A DNA stretch of 64,000 nt from Caecitellus pseudoparvulus. Taxonomy: Eukaryota; Protista; Bigyra: Bicosoecida. Positions 52,801-64,000 of this stretch are shown in pieces. The position numbers and the translations under genes were made by a program. The DNA lies in assembly GCA_965644315.1 (NCBI GenBank), contig CBFFRQ010000044.1, positions 333,817 to 397,816 on the forward strand, written 5' to 3'. The notes under the pieces were generated by a model that had not been told where the DNA came from, searched no databases, and saw nothing but the letters and a program-made list of their open reading frames with translations. Within the stretch, counting starts at the first letter, position 1. Each line of letters starts with the position of its first letter.

Positions 52801-55800
52801 TGACCTGGAGCTGAGCGCGGGGCCTGTGTGGGTGCCAGTGGACGGGACGTCTGTGGACGCCGGGGATGTGATCAGTGTGAGCTGGAGCGTGGGGCACACG
52901 GGTGCCAGCAGTGCGCCGGGCTTCAACATCAGTGCAGACCTGTCGGGTGTGCTGGGCAGCGGTCTGTTGCCGGTGGTGGATGTGCTGGTGGGCGGGTCCA
53001 GCCTGGGTGCGGGTGTGGTGTCTGCGTTGAACGCGGACGGCGTGGCGGTGCTGGTGTCTGAGCTGCCGGTGGGCAGCACGGCGGACCTGTCCGTGGTGCT
53101 GGGCGTGCCGTTGAGCATGGAGGGCGGCGCAGCGCTGCCGGCCCTGCAGCTGTCTGTGCCGTACACGACGACGTCACGCAGCGACGCCGGTGCGGGGTCT
53201 GATGTGCTGGTGAGCGGGTCCATCAGCCTGCCTGCGGGGTCGCCGTCTGTGTCGGTGTCTGAGGGCGGCCTGGACGCTGTGACGGCGGCGTCCAGTGGCA
53301 GTGCCGTGCCGCGGCAGGTGTTCCCTGGCAGCGCCGTGGACGTGTCGGTGAGTGTGGGCGTGCCTGAGGGCACCGTGAGCGGCGCGTCAGTGACTGTGGA
53401 CTTGTCGGGGTGGACCAGCGGCACGTCGCCGGTGGTGATTGCTGGCGTGTCGGGTGTGTCTGGCAGTGGTGGTGTGGTGAGTGACGTGTCAGGGGGGCTG
53501 GGCGGTGTGGCGGCGGGCGCCGTCGTGTCTGGCGATGGCACGAGTGTGACTGTGCCGCTGGGCACACTTGTGAACAACGACACTGACAACAGCGTGGGTG
53601 AGACTGTGGACCTGACGGTGTCGCTGTCGGTGCGTGACGTGGCGGGGCTGGTGCCAGGTGACGTCGTGACGGCTGTGGCGACGCTGAGCAGTGTGGGTCT
53701 GCTGAGCGCTGGCAGCACGAGTGGGGGGTCGGCCGTGTCGTCGGCTGGGTACGGGCTGGTGGTGGGAGCGCCTGACTTGGAGCTGAGCGCGGGGCCTGTG
53801 TGGTCACCCTCACCTGCTTTGCCTGTGGACGCCGGGGATGTGATCAGTGTGAGCTGGAGCGTGGGGCACACGGGTGCCAGCAGTGCGCCGGGCTTCAACA
53901 TCAGTGCAGACCTGTCGGGTGTGCTGGGCAGCGGTCTGTTGCCGGTGGTGGATGTGCTGGTGGGCGGGTCCAGCCTGGGTGCGGGTGTGGTGTCTGCGTT
54001 GAACGCGGACGGCGTGGCGGTGCTGGTGTCTGAGCTGCCGGTGGGCAGTACGTTCGATTGTGAAGTTTTCATGCAAGTTTCCACAGATGCTGAGAGTAGC
54101 AGCTCTTTGCCCGTTGCGGAGCTGACTGTCCATGCTGCTTCAACCTCAAGAGCATCATCAAGCGCTCGTTCTTTCTCTTTGACCTCCGCTGGTGTTCAGT
54201 ATTCAATCGAACCTCCAGAGCTGAATGTGGCTGTACAAAGTGATCCAGTCACAGCTGGTTTCGGCCAAGTTGTAGTTGGGTCAGAGGTGATCGTTACGGT
54301 TGCGCAGGTCATTTCGGAAGGTACCATGTCAAATGCGAACCTGACTGTTTCATGGGCAGATTCTGGGGCCTTTGTTTTTGTGGAAGGCTCTGTATCTATC
54401 ACTACCCCTGCATCTGTCACGACATCTCGCTTTGCCGGGGACTGGAACGCAGTCGCTGCTTCTGCATCTCATGCAGCCGGGGAGACAGGCATCAACTTTG
54501 ATTTGGGTACGCTTATCAATTCTGACGTAAACAACTCGGCAACTGAGCTTCTTGTGCTTACAGCCTCGCTCCGACCCTCCAATGTTTCGGCTGCCCACGT
54601 TGCTGGAGCTGTCTCTGACCTTGTGGTTGAGTCGCGATCCCTTGGCGTTTGCGATGGATGCTTGACAGCTACAGCAAATGTGTCTATGCTTGCGCCTGTT
54701 CTGCACTTCGGCAGCTTCTCCCCAGCCCTGCTTACTGATGTAGTTGCTGGGGAATCGTACAACGTCTCGTTTACCATCGCAAACTCGGGCCCGTACCCGT
54801 CTCATGCGTATGGAGTTGTGCTTTTCGACGAAGGACTCGTGTCTGGTCAGTACGACATCTCGAAAGTGTTCGCGGGGAACGCACTTGTCCTGGATCGTTC
54901 AGCTGAGGTTGACTTTGTTCCCGGAGGCTCAACGGTGCTGAGCATGGGTGGTGCCAACCTTGCGCAAGCATCCAGTTCAAGCGTTTTGCCGCTCATTGCC
55001 CGCTCCTCGAGCACCCAAGTTACCTTGACCCTGCAAGTGAACCCTCTTGCCCGTACAGAGGATGGGCTTGCAATGCGAATTGGAGCGCGGGCAAGCAGCT
55101 ACCCTGAGCTGGCCCTGGCTGAGAACTACACCTACGTTGCAAGCTCGGGTGTCGGTGGTGTGTTCAAGCTTGAAGACATCAACCCTGTGGTCACTTTGGA
55201 CATTTCGGGCAGTGATGCGGCGGCTAGCATCGGCTCTCAAGTGTCCTTCACAGTTCCTTTACAGTTCCCGCTGGGCCGCCTCTCGGCTGCCAACGTGAGC
55301 GTGTTGCTCGGAAATGTGTTCAACTCATCCGATGTGGCGCTGCAGCCAGGAGATGTGCTGGGCGACTTGACTCTCGCTGCTGTCTCTGGCGGTGCAGGCG
55401 TCACTTTCAACAACGGGCAGGTGGCTTCGCTGAACGGTGTGCATGCTGCCCTGGAGGCTGACGCGCAGGCCGGTTCGTTTGTCTTCACTTTCTTCAACAT
55501 CACCAATGACCCGGGCAACGGCGGCAGTGCCAGCGGCGATCCGATCTTGCTCACGTTTACTGGGCTCGTTGAGGACCACCCTGCTCTCGTTGATGGAGTG
55601 CGCATTGAGGGTGGCGTAACCTTTGATGTGCCTTTTGCAAGCTTGAACGCGACGCTGCCCACGCTGACGATCCTTGAGCCTGCCATCGACGAGAACTTGG
55701 TGTTGACGGCCACAGGTAGCACTCTTGACAACTCCTCCTTGGTTGTGCTTGGGCTCGGTGCAGGCGACCACGTTCAGTTTGGCCTTCAAGTGGGGCACCT

Positions 55801-58800
55801 GCCTTCCAGCTCCTGGCAGGCGTTCGGGGTGACACTGAAAGATGCCTGGCTGGGATCATCTCTTCCCGTGGCAGCAACGCCCAGCTCAGTGCCCGCAGCC
55901 TCGCGGATGTTCTACCAAGTCACAGCGGCTGCATGGGCTGGACATGGGGTGAGCACTTCACATGCTGAAGCCGACATCGTTGTCCAAGGCTTGAATCTGC
56001 CCCTGAACAGTTCTTCGACAGCACTTGACTTCAGCATCGTCATCGCGCCTGCCTCTGAAGCGGCAGCCAGTGCATGGCCGGCACAGACCCTGCAGCTGGA
56101 GTACTTCTCGCACCCAAACACTACGCGGGCCAGGCGATACACGGCGATCATTGACCCTGCAGCCTCTGTGCAGGAGTTGCGCATGGCTGCCCCTGTTGCG
56201 CAGGTCAGTGCAGAGGGCTCAGCGCATGCTGGCAACGGAGACGGTGCTCCAACGGTCGCGCCAGGAACGTCTGCTGCTTGGACTTTGAGTCTGCAGCTTC
56301 CTCTTGCAACAATTGAAGGTGCTGAGCTCTCCCTCGACCTTGTCGGGGCAGACAGTCTCTTCGATACGTTGGAGGCGGCTGCGCTCACATTTGTGCCTGC
56401 AGCTGTGCCAAGTGCAGCCCCGCCTTCATCTGTGGCAGGCTTGGCTCCCCCGTCTGTGGACGTGGTCCAAGTCAACTTGCCGACTTCAGCAGCAGCTGGT
56501 GTCGATGGCTTTGTTGGTTCCACAGCAGATGTCGTGAGCTTCGTCACAAGTGGCGGGGTTCCGCCCACAGCCTCTGAGCTCCATTTGAACAGCACTCATG
56601 CTTTACTGAGTCCTGCTGCGTGGCGCATCGGCAACGAGCTGGCAGGGCTGTACTCCCCTGTCCCTGCTGCTGCGCCGGCCACGGGCGGGTCAGGAGCGCC
56701 GGTGACGCTCAATCTCACAATCACAGCCACTCCTACAACCGCAAGTCAAGTCGCTCGTGGCGTGAGCAGCAGTGGGAGTGTGCGATTCTCTGGTTCTAGT
56801 GGCACTTTCCCGGCATTTGAGATGAGCTTGCCTCCGTTGACTGTTGTGGAGCCGACAGTGCAAGCCCCGTCATTCTCACCTTTGGCAGTCGCAGATGTAG
56901 ATGCAGGCGATGAAGTGACTTTCTCCACCACCATCGAGCACTCTCCCGTCAGCGACTCCATTGCCCACACCATTGAGCTGTTCGATAGGAGTTTAGTGCA
57001 TGGAAAGGTGGACTACATCACGCTCTCTGGGGCATCTGTGACCTCGGAAGTCATCCACGCACGAGCCTACGACCTGCGCAGGGTTGTGGTCGGAGGCGAG
57101 GTGCAGTACGACGCAGCTCTTGGGGTAGACCCGTACGGCTTGGCGGCATCCTCAGTCAACTCTGGCCTGTGGGGCATCATTCACAACATGACTCTGGGGC
57201 AGACTGTTCCGGTCTCCATGACTGTGCGGCTTTGGGAAGGTGTTGCAGCGGCGACAGCTGTTCGTCCCCAGTTCAACGTGACTTGGTACTCCAGCCCCGT
57301 GAAATCCGCAGCGCGTGCCTACTGGGTTCCTGCAGCTGCAGATCCAGTGATCGGCGTGCAGGCTCCAGCTGTTGCCGTCCAGCGCAGCACAGATGACTCG
57401 ACTGTGCTGGATGCGGAGGCTGCTGTGGGTGCTCGTTTGACTTGGGACATTGAAGTGGCACTGCCTGAAGGTGTCTCCACTGGCGTGGTCGTTGCCTTCA
57501 ACTTGTCTTCCCTGCTTCCTCCTGGGGTCAGTGCAGCTGCGACCAACGGGCCTCTCTTGGCTGATGTCCAGGTCGTGTCTGTTCAGGCAAGTCCAGGCGG
57601 CATCGGGCTTATCGAAGTGAACGCTACAGGCTGTGCAGGTGTGGCACTTGCAGACCAGGGGGTCATGTCTGGGCCGACTTTCCCTGCTCTTGCGGCAGCT
57701 GCAACAGTATCCGCTGCTGAGCAGTTGGCGGGCCACGAGATCATGGTCCGTATCCCCATGTGCTCTGTGCAGAACAAGGACGACGTCAACTCCATCAGCC
57801 AAGCCATGCAGATTCGCCTGCAAGGCCACGTTGATGGCCGTATTCTGCCCTTGACTACGTCTTTGAATGGCGCCACCATCGCCGGCGCTGTTCGGGTGCT
57901 GAGTGATGCGGTTCCAGAACCGAGTGCTCCAGTCAATGTCAGCGCCGGTGTGATCGCGGGAGCAAACGTCATACCCAGTGCGGCTAATTTGACTTCTGCA
58001 ACTCCAAGCACCAGAGTCGTGGAGCCAAGGCTGGAGATCGTAAGCGTGAACAACACCGAAAGCGCTGGGGTGGCGGGCGACGTCATCGACACAACCATTC
58101 GGGTGACCCACGAAGCCTCCTCGGAAGGCACTGCCTTCCACACCCGTCTCCTCGACACAAACCTGCAGTCCGGGGCCATTTCAGACAGGCTGTACCAGCC
58201 ACTGTCCCTGGTCTCGATGGGCAACGAACTTCTGTCCCCTGTTGCGGCGCTGGCATCAGCGTCGGCTTTCTCCACTGGGAATGGCGAGCTGCTCCCTGTA
58301 GGCATGTCGCTGTCCACGAGCGGCGCCCCTGAACTCACCACGACTGACGGACAAGGCGACCTCGTGTACACGTGGAAGCTACTGGAAGGTGTTGTGCCGC
58401 AGCTGACTGTGGCTCCTGAGCTGTCTGTGCGCTTCAGCACACACAAGGACCCCGCCAACATCTATGCCCGAGAGCTTGGCCCTGTGGGACTGACCCCAGC
58501 ACAGGACGCTGCCACGCATGTGCAGCAGGGCACTGTGCTGAAGGTGCTCACGGTAGGAATTGCAGTGGACCCACAGGACGCTGGTGCGAGTTCGGGGGCG
58601 GTGATCGTGGGTTCTCCTGCTTCCGTGCCTGTCGTGCATGGTCAAGGTTTGCAGTCCACAGTGACCCTCAGTGTGCCGCTTGGCACGTTGCCTAACGTGA
58701 CGGCAGCTATCCCGCTGCACCCTACTCCGGGGGCAGTTGGCAACCCCTCTCTTTCGTCGGCATCCGCGACAGTCGTTGACCCCGTTTCAGGCAGCGTGAC

Positions 58801-61800
58801 AGACGTAACTTCGCTCGTGCAGCTGCGAGACTGCCCTCCTGGTGTGCTTGAGAATGATGCCGCTTTTGGCACGCTGGCTGATCTGTCGCCTCACGCCGTG
58901 TCCATGTTGGGCAGCACTGCTGGCATTAGCCTGTGCACGCTCGTCCAAATTCCGCCACAAGATGTCACTGGCCGCTCCATAGGACCGCTGGCAGGGCACT
59001 CAAGCCTGAACTTGACATTCGTCGTGGACGCGACGGTGAGCGGCTCTGGGCCCGGGGCCCTACCTCCCCTGGCTGCAGTGGGCGCAAGTGCCGTCACCAC
59101 TGCCTTTACAGAAGCGGCAGCGGGTAGCATTGCACCTTCAGGGTCCTCCATTGTCTTTGTGCCTGACTCATCAACGGCCGCGTCTTCGCTGCCTCTGGTG
59201 GTCGCGCAGCCTTCAGCGGGACAGCCGGTGCTGACCAGTGACTCGAGTTTCTCAGGGGATGCTGGCGATGAGGTGACGTTCTCCCTGCTCGTCACGCATG
59301 ACCCAGCTGCATCCACTGCAGCAACGGCTTTCTCTATGATGCTGCAAGACTCAAGCCTAGCCTCCGGCGCATACGAGCTGGTGGCAGCAAGCGTGGACGG
59401 TGTGGATACTCTCGGGGCCACCAAGGCAGCAGCATCCGACGCTGTCATGTTTGTAGCATCACTTCCACCAGGTCAGACATCCAACGTCACCTGGACTGTG
59501 CGCATGACGGGAGCTGTGAACGCCAGTGGGACATACGCACCCGACCTGGAGCTGCAGTGGCGATCCCACCCCACTTCCCCCAACGCCAAGCTGTTCTCCA
59601 GTGCTTCGCTCATCGGAGCTGGTGAGTGGACTTCCACGCTGGCAGGGGCGGCCAACCTCTCCCTCGCGGTGCCTGGCGTGTCCTTCACCTCCTTCGAGGC
59701 AACTCCGTCCGGACTGGTTCCGACTGATCCTGGTGCAACTGCAGCCGCCGCTGTCGGGGAGGAGGTTGAGTTCTCACTGTCTGCACTGCTACCCGAAGGT
59801 AACGTGCCAGGTGGGCTGGTCAACATTACAGCCGGCACACCAGGGGCTCTGCTCTTTGAGGAAGGTGTCGCCATCGACGCGACGCCTCGACCTGGACTCC
59901 AGCTGGTCCCTCAGTGCGCCTCGGCTACACCGTACAGCAGCTTCATCGAGGAAGTGGTGCGGGACCCCAGTGGCGCGTGGATCGCCTTCCGCACTTGCCA
60001 CATCGCGAACTTGGATCGAGACAACGACGCGGAAGATTCACTGACGTTCTCCCTCTCAGGGTTCACCACCCCCGCTGCTCTGAATGCGACGGGTGGCAGC
60101 CCGCTGGCCGTTGGCACCTTCACCTCCCGAGGCAACACTGTGGTGCAACCATCTGAACCTGTGACTGTCCTCCCTGTCCTGGCGCTGACCCTGAACTACG
60201 ACATTGAGAGTATTGTGGTTTCGTCCGAGCAGCCATACACTTTCAACCTGACCGCAACAGCAGCTGATGTGTCCCTTGCCGCAGCGGCTCGGGATGTGTC
60301 CTTGGCGGTTGTCACGCTCAGCGCCCAGACCAGGAGCACAAGCCCAGCAACTGCAGACCCTCAGTTCGTACAACAGGCAACCGGTGATGCAGTGTTCCAA
60401 GAACACACTGGTGTGAGCCTGCAGGCCGCAACTGCTTTGCTGGGTGGCAGCAAGCAGGCAGCTGCAGCACTCCGCAACCTTCTCCCCTCCCTCACAACTG
60501 GGGCACGGCGAGCAACCCCAGCGACCTTCAACGTGCTCACTGTGACAGTGCCCGCCATGCACAGTGGCGAGAGCCTTGACAGCATCTTCAACATGCAAGT
60601 GCTGGCCCACACACCGCCCGGGACGCGCATTCCCCACCTGGCTGCTCTGTCCTGGTCGGGCGTCCCTGCGCAAGACGCGTCGTCGTTGGCGGCCCCCACG
60701 TTTCTGCTGCAGTCTGCAGTCGTGACCAAGACAGTCACTTGCGATGCATGGTACTCCTGTGGCGGCAATGGCGTCTGTCTGCCCAGCAACAAGACAGCTG
60801 GCGACGTTTTGCCCGAGCAGGCCATTCCACTGGAGGGCAGCGCAGTCGATGCTGGGCGGGTGTACTCTACCGATGCACAGTGCGTGTGCAAGGCTGGGTG
60901 GACTGGCACATCGTGCTGCTTTTGCGACCCTACTGCAGATGCGGCCGACATTTGCCACGGACACGGGACCTGTGCTGGCTACGGCGCTTCTGTATGGGGA
61001 AGGCCAGCCGGAGGTCAGTGCCAGTGTGACGAGGGCTTTGGGGAGCAGGACCAGGATCCCTTCTGCCGGGGAGTGGCCTGCAGCGATGAGCCTGGGGTGT
61101 GTGAAAACGGGAGGTGCACCATGGATTGCTTGGTTAGCCCTTGGTCCAACTTCACCGCAGATCGCACTGCGTCTGGCTTCCTGGCCGGCAACATGACGCG
61201 CACGCGGGAGATTCTGCTGCCATCCGCTTACGGTGGGCAAGCGTGCCCAAACACGCTCATTGAGAGTGTTCCATGCACTCTGGCAGAGTGCGAGAGCAGG
61301 CCTGCCGCCGCTGCGCCGAGCGAGGCCTGCGATGCTGCCGACACTGGCTTCCGCATCTCGGCGTCCCTGCCCCTGGACACCTCGTCACAGCAGCTGACTG
61401 CGACGCTGAGCATTTTCTTTGTCATGGTCATTGCTGGCGCGGTGTTAATGGCTTGGATGTGGTCTGTGAGCTGGTTTGAGCGCTTCGCCGTGCTTCGGTG
61501 GGTCGTGCCAGCCCTCAGCGCTGTGCGTGACCGGGCGGCGACGATGCTGAAGGTTTACGGCGGAGGCGCCATGCACGAGCACGCACAGTCCATGCTGCAA
61601 CGCACAGAGGGCCCCAGCAAGACAGCGCCAGCACTTGACAGCGACTCGGACAGCGAGGGCGAACAGACATCTGCTGTCGCACCAGCAGGCATGGCAGTGT
61701 CAGCACAACGCGGCGAGGCTGCCCTAGCTACTCCTCCCACAAAACCTGCTGAAGACGGAAACGTGGCCAAGCTCCCTGCCTCGGCCGTGCTGGGGGCAAA

Positions 61801-64000
61801 ACGCACAGCGAGCTATCTGTCGCCCCAACTGTGGGTGAACTGGCGCAACGTCCTGCTGGTCGTGCTGCTGGCCACAGATGGCGTCATGAGCGTGGCGCCG
61901 CTCTTCATGGAGCAAGTGCCATGGCTTCCCTACATCCCGCTCAAGGCAGTGGCACGCCTGTTCTCGCTGTCTGCTGTCAAGTACCTGCCGCTGTACTCCT
62001 TCTTCTACGTTCTCATTGCCTGCGCACTGACTGCGCTTCTGGTCTTGCTGCCCCTGCTTCAGTTCTGGCGAGCTCAAGCAGTGCAGCAGCTGAAACGCAA
62101 GCCAGTGGAAGGCATGGTTGTGGCAGTGCCTGATTCCTCGCGCACTCCGACCAAGCCTTCGCAGATTGTCCCACTGGCATCGCCTTCGCCAGTGCAGCAT
62201 GTTGGGGCAGGACCGCTGTCACCTTGGGCAAAGGCGTCTGGCGTGCGCGGAGCTGAGTCCACCACCGGATCCCCCCCTGGTGGTGATTCTGCTTCAAGTG
62301 ACTTGGGCGCTCTGGTGGACATTCCCAAGTCCCGCGGGCGGCGCACGCTGGCACCTCTGAAAGCAGGCGGCAGGCACGCAACCCACACAAGCCCAGCAAC
62401 TGGGCTGGAAAAGCCTGCACAAGTCACAGCTCTTGTGCCAGCCGGCGGGGAAACAGTGGAGAAGCCACGCGCCCTTTCTGCGCCAGGCAAGGACACAGAG
62501 CCTGAGACAAAGCAACGAAACGTCTCCTTCAACAAGCACGGCGACCCGAAGTTGACCGCACAGCAAGAGCACCACGTGGCGTACCACACGTCCTGGTACA
62601 GTGGTGTGCTGCCCGTCATGCTGTACTGCTTTGCCACCATTCTGCTCGTGCCAACGTATGTGATCCTGTTGCAGCCGTTCACGTGTGGCTTCCCGTTCGG
62701 CGGGTACAGCCGTGACGAAGCCGGCAACTGCCTCCCAGACCCGTGCTGGAGCAACCTGCACATCCTTCTTGCAGTGTTTTCGGCGCTGCTGCTTGCTGCT
62801 CTGGGGCACAGCCTGTTCGTGTGGGCGCCCAAGCGCATGCACGATGATCGCACCCTGGAGCAAGACGTGGACATGCAGGGTGTTCTGGGGTACATTCTGG
62901 CGCGACGTGTGCATGCACTCACCAAGGGCGCGACTGCACCTGGAGAGGCCACCGGCACAGGCGACGATGACACACAGGCAGAGTTCAACCCACGGAAGCT
63001 GGTGCACGAGCGCCTGGTTGCGTCCCTGCGCCGATGGGTGCAAACCTTCGAAGCTCACCCGATGCTGCCCTTCTTCCTGGCACTCGTGGTGGTCAAGTTC
63101 ATCGTGGCATGGGCTGGAATTGTGTTGGGGCGCAGCAACACCCCTGCTGCCCTGGTGCTGGGCGCGCTGGCACTGACCGGACTTGCAGTCTGGAGTTGGC
63201 TGAAGCCTGCCGACACCTTTGTGTTGAAACGCCTGCAGGCGGTCGTACCGCTGGTGTACGGCACGGCCGCGGCCACGGCTTGGCTGCTGCTGCTTTCATG
63301 GGGCACGGCTCCGAAGGTGCCTGTCACCTACGCGACAACTGGTGTGCAGGACTTGCAGGTGAACGCCGAGCAGGCTGATGTGGATGCGAGCAACTTCGCG
63401 CTGTCTGACAACGCGGATGAATACGCGGCCGGTGCGCCAGGAGTGATTGTAGCGGCTGTGCTGTGGCTGCTCATCGCCGTTGGAGCCACTGCAGTGGCAA
63501 TTTTGCAAGACCGCCAACGCTTCGCAGGTGTTCCGCTGTTCAGGAACTGGGAGGAGGGAGTTGGCTCCAGTGTCAAGCGCTCTGGCACGTACAGCGCCCT
63601 GACCAAGGTGTTCCCGCCAGAGCAGACCACGGGGCAGCTGGTTGCCCGTCTGCAAGCCATGATGGGGACCAACCTGGATGACTTGACCGACACCAGCGAC
63701 GACGATGAGGAAGGCGAGCTGTCCAAGGTGCTGGCCGAGTCCCGCCGTGGCAGCTTGCTGGTGGGGCTGGGTGCTCGCCCGGCAGTGGATGCGTTTGATT
63801 TCACTGGTGGTGCGTCAGATGACTCCGCCACTGACACGTCTGACGGCGAAGCAGAAGGAGCAGTGCTACCCATGCCCCCCCCTGGTGGTGACGCAGTTGA
63901 GCGGCTGGTGGGGGAAGCAACTGCCCAGCAGGAGGAGGCAGAGCCCGACCAGGCTGGCGAAGCACCTGCACCGGTGTGGACAGAGGTGTCCTTTGACGAG
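43836..64000 (+). CDS. Giant (>6548 aa, 3' incomplete) Sib-like adhesin/receptor: signal peptide, Sib-like N-domain, Ig/TIG-like and fimbrial-like repeats, EGF-like, TSP1, multi-pass TM; join(43836..43903,44162..44239,44314..44368,44492..44690,44757..>64000)
   Basis: Four GT-AG introns give MGICRALFVLCASLASVHATHWRFGKLSW...AWRRTFF...MGDG...YAACCRLSTLKN. The last exon reads in frame +2 wherever I translated it (start, array, end), and the ORF track lists no + ORF in that frame after 44757, consistent with no stop before the window end. Confidence 0.88.
47429..54048 (+). repeat. Coding tandem repeat: ~6.8 near-identical copies of a 972-bp (324-aa) unit
   Basis: Unit starts at 47429, 48401, 49373, 50345, 51317, 52289, 53261 (GGCCTGGACGCTGTGACGG recurs every 972 nt); shadow ORFs in the track also recur at 972-nt spacing. 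Confidence 0.97.
60740..61291 (+). other. EGF-like Cys-rich modules followed by a thrombospondin type 1 (spondin-like) repeat within the giant protein
   Basis: CGGNGVC...CVCKAGWTGTSC; ICHGHGTC...CQCDEGF; DCLVSPWS...MTRTREILLPSAYGGQACP...ESVPC. Confidence 0.8.
61394..63505 (+). other. Multi-pass transmembrane region (~9-10 hydrophobic helices) of the giant protein
   Basis: Hydrophobic segments LSIFFVMVIAGAVLMAWMW, VLLVVLLAT, FFYVLIACALTALLVLLPLL, VMLYCFATILLVPTYVILLQPFTC, CWSNLHILLAVFSALLLAAL, FFLALVVVKFIVAWAGIVL, ALVLGALALTGLAVWSWL, VVPLVYGTAAATAWLLLLSW, VIVAAVLWLLIAVGATAVAIL. Confidence 0.8.

Noticed and set aside
47429-54048. Tandem array as CRISPR, satellite or mobile element
   Set aside because: Units are 972 bp (a multiple of 3), lack unique spacers and encode in-frame protein domains.
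47368-54084. 2238-aa Thr/Pro-rich 'mucin-like' ORF on the minus strand
   Set aside because: Antisense shadow of the plus-strand giant CDS. It is open only across the repeat array, whereas the plus frame continues on both sides with homologous domains.

Overview
Gene-dense, GC-rich eukaryotic (protist-like) nuclear DNA with short GT-AG introns (donors mostly GTGAGT/GTGCGT). I see no rRNA, tRNA, CRISPR or clear transposon. 1-10.2 kb: three tandem paralogs, each a long P/Q/A/G-rich low-complexity region followed by a conserved ~130-aa C-terminal domain I cannot assign to a known family. 10.4-42.4 kb: TTC39/Iml2, three signal-peptide genes (single-pass membrane protein, FG-GAP/VCBS protein, PI-PLC-like phosphodiesterase), a divergent Tom40, TMEM256, threonine dehydrogenase, ESF2/ABT1, a USP20/33-like deubiquitinase, an intronless phage-like RuvC resolvase, two ankyrin-containing genes, a 1738-aa unknown and a peroxisomal FAR-acyltransferase fusion (FARAT). 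43.8 kb to the window end: one giant gene (>6500 aa, still open at 64000) that is absent from the ORF track. It reads signal peptide, Dictyostelium Sib-like N-terminal domain, ~13 pairs of bacterial-fimbrial-like Ig domains (6.8 of them near-identical 972-bp tandem copies), EGF-like and TSP1 modules, then a multi-pass membrane domain, i.e. a candidate giant adhesion receptor. All family assignments come from motifs recognised by eye; no searches were run.
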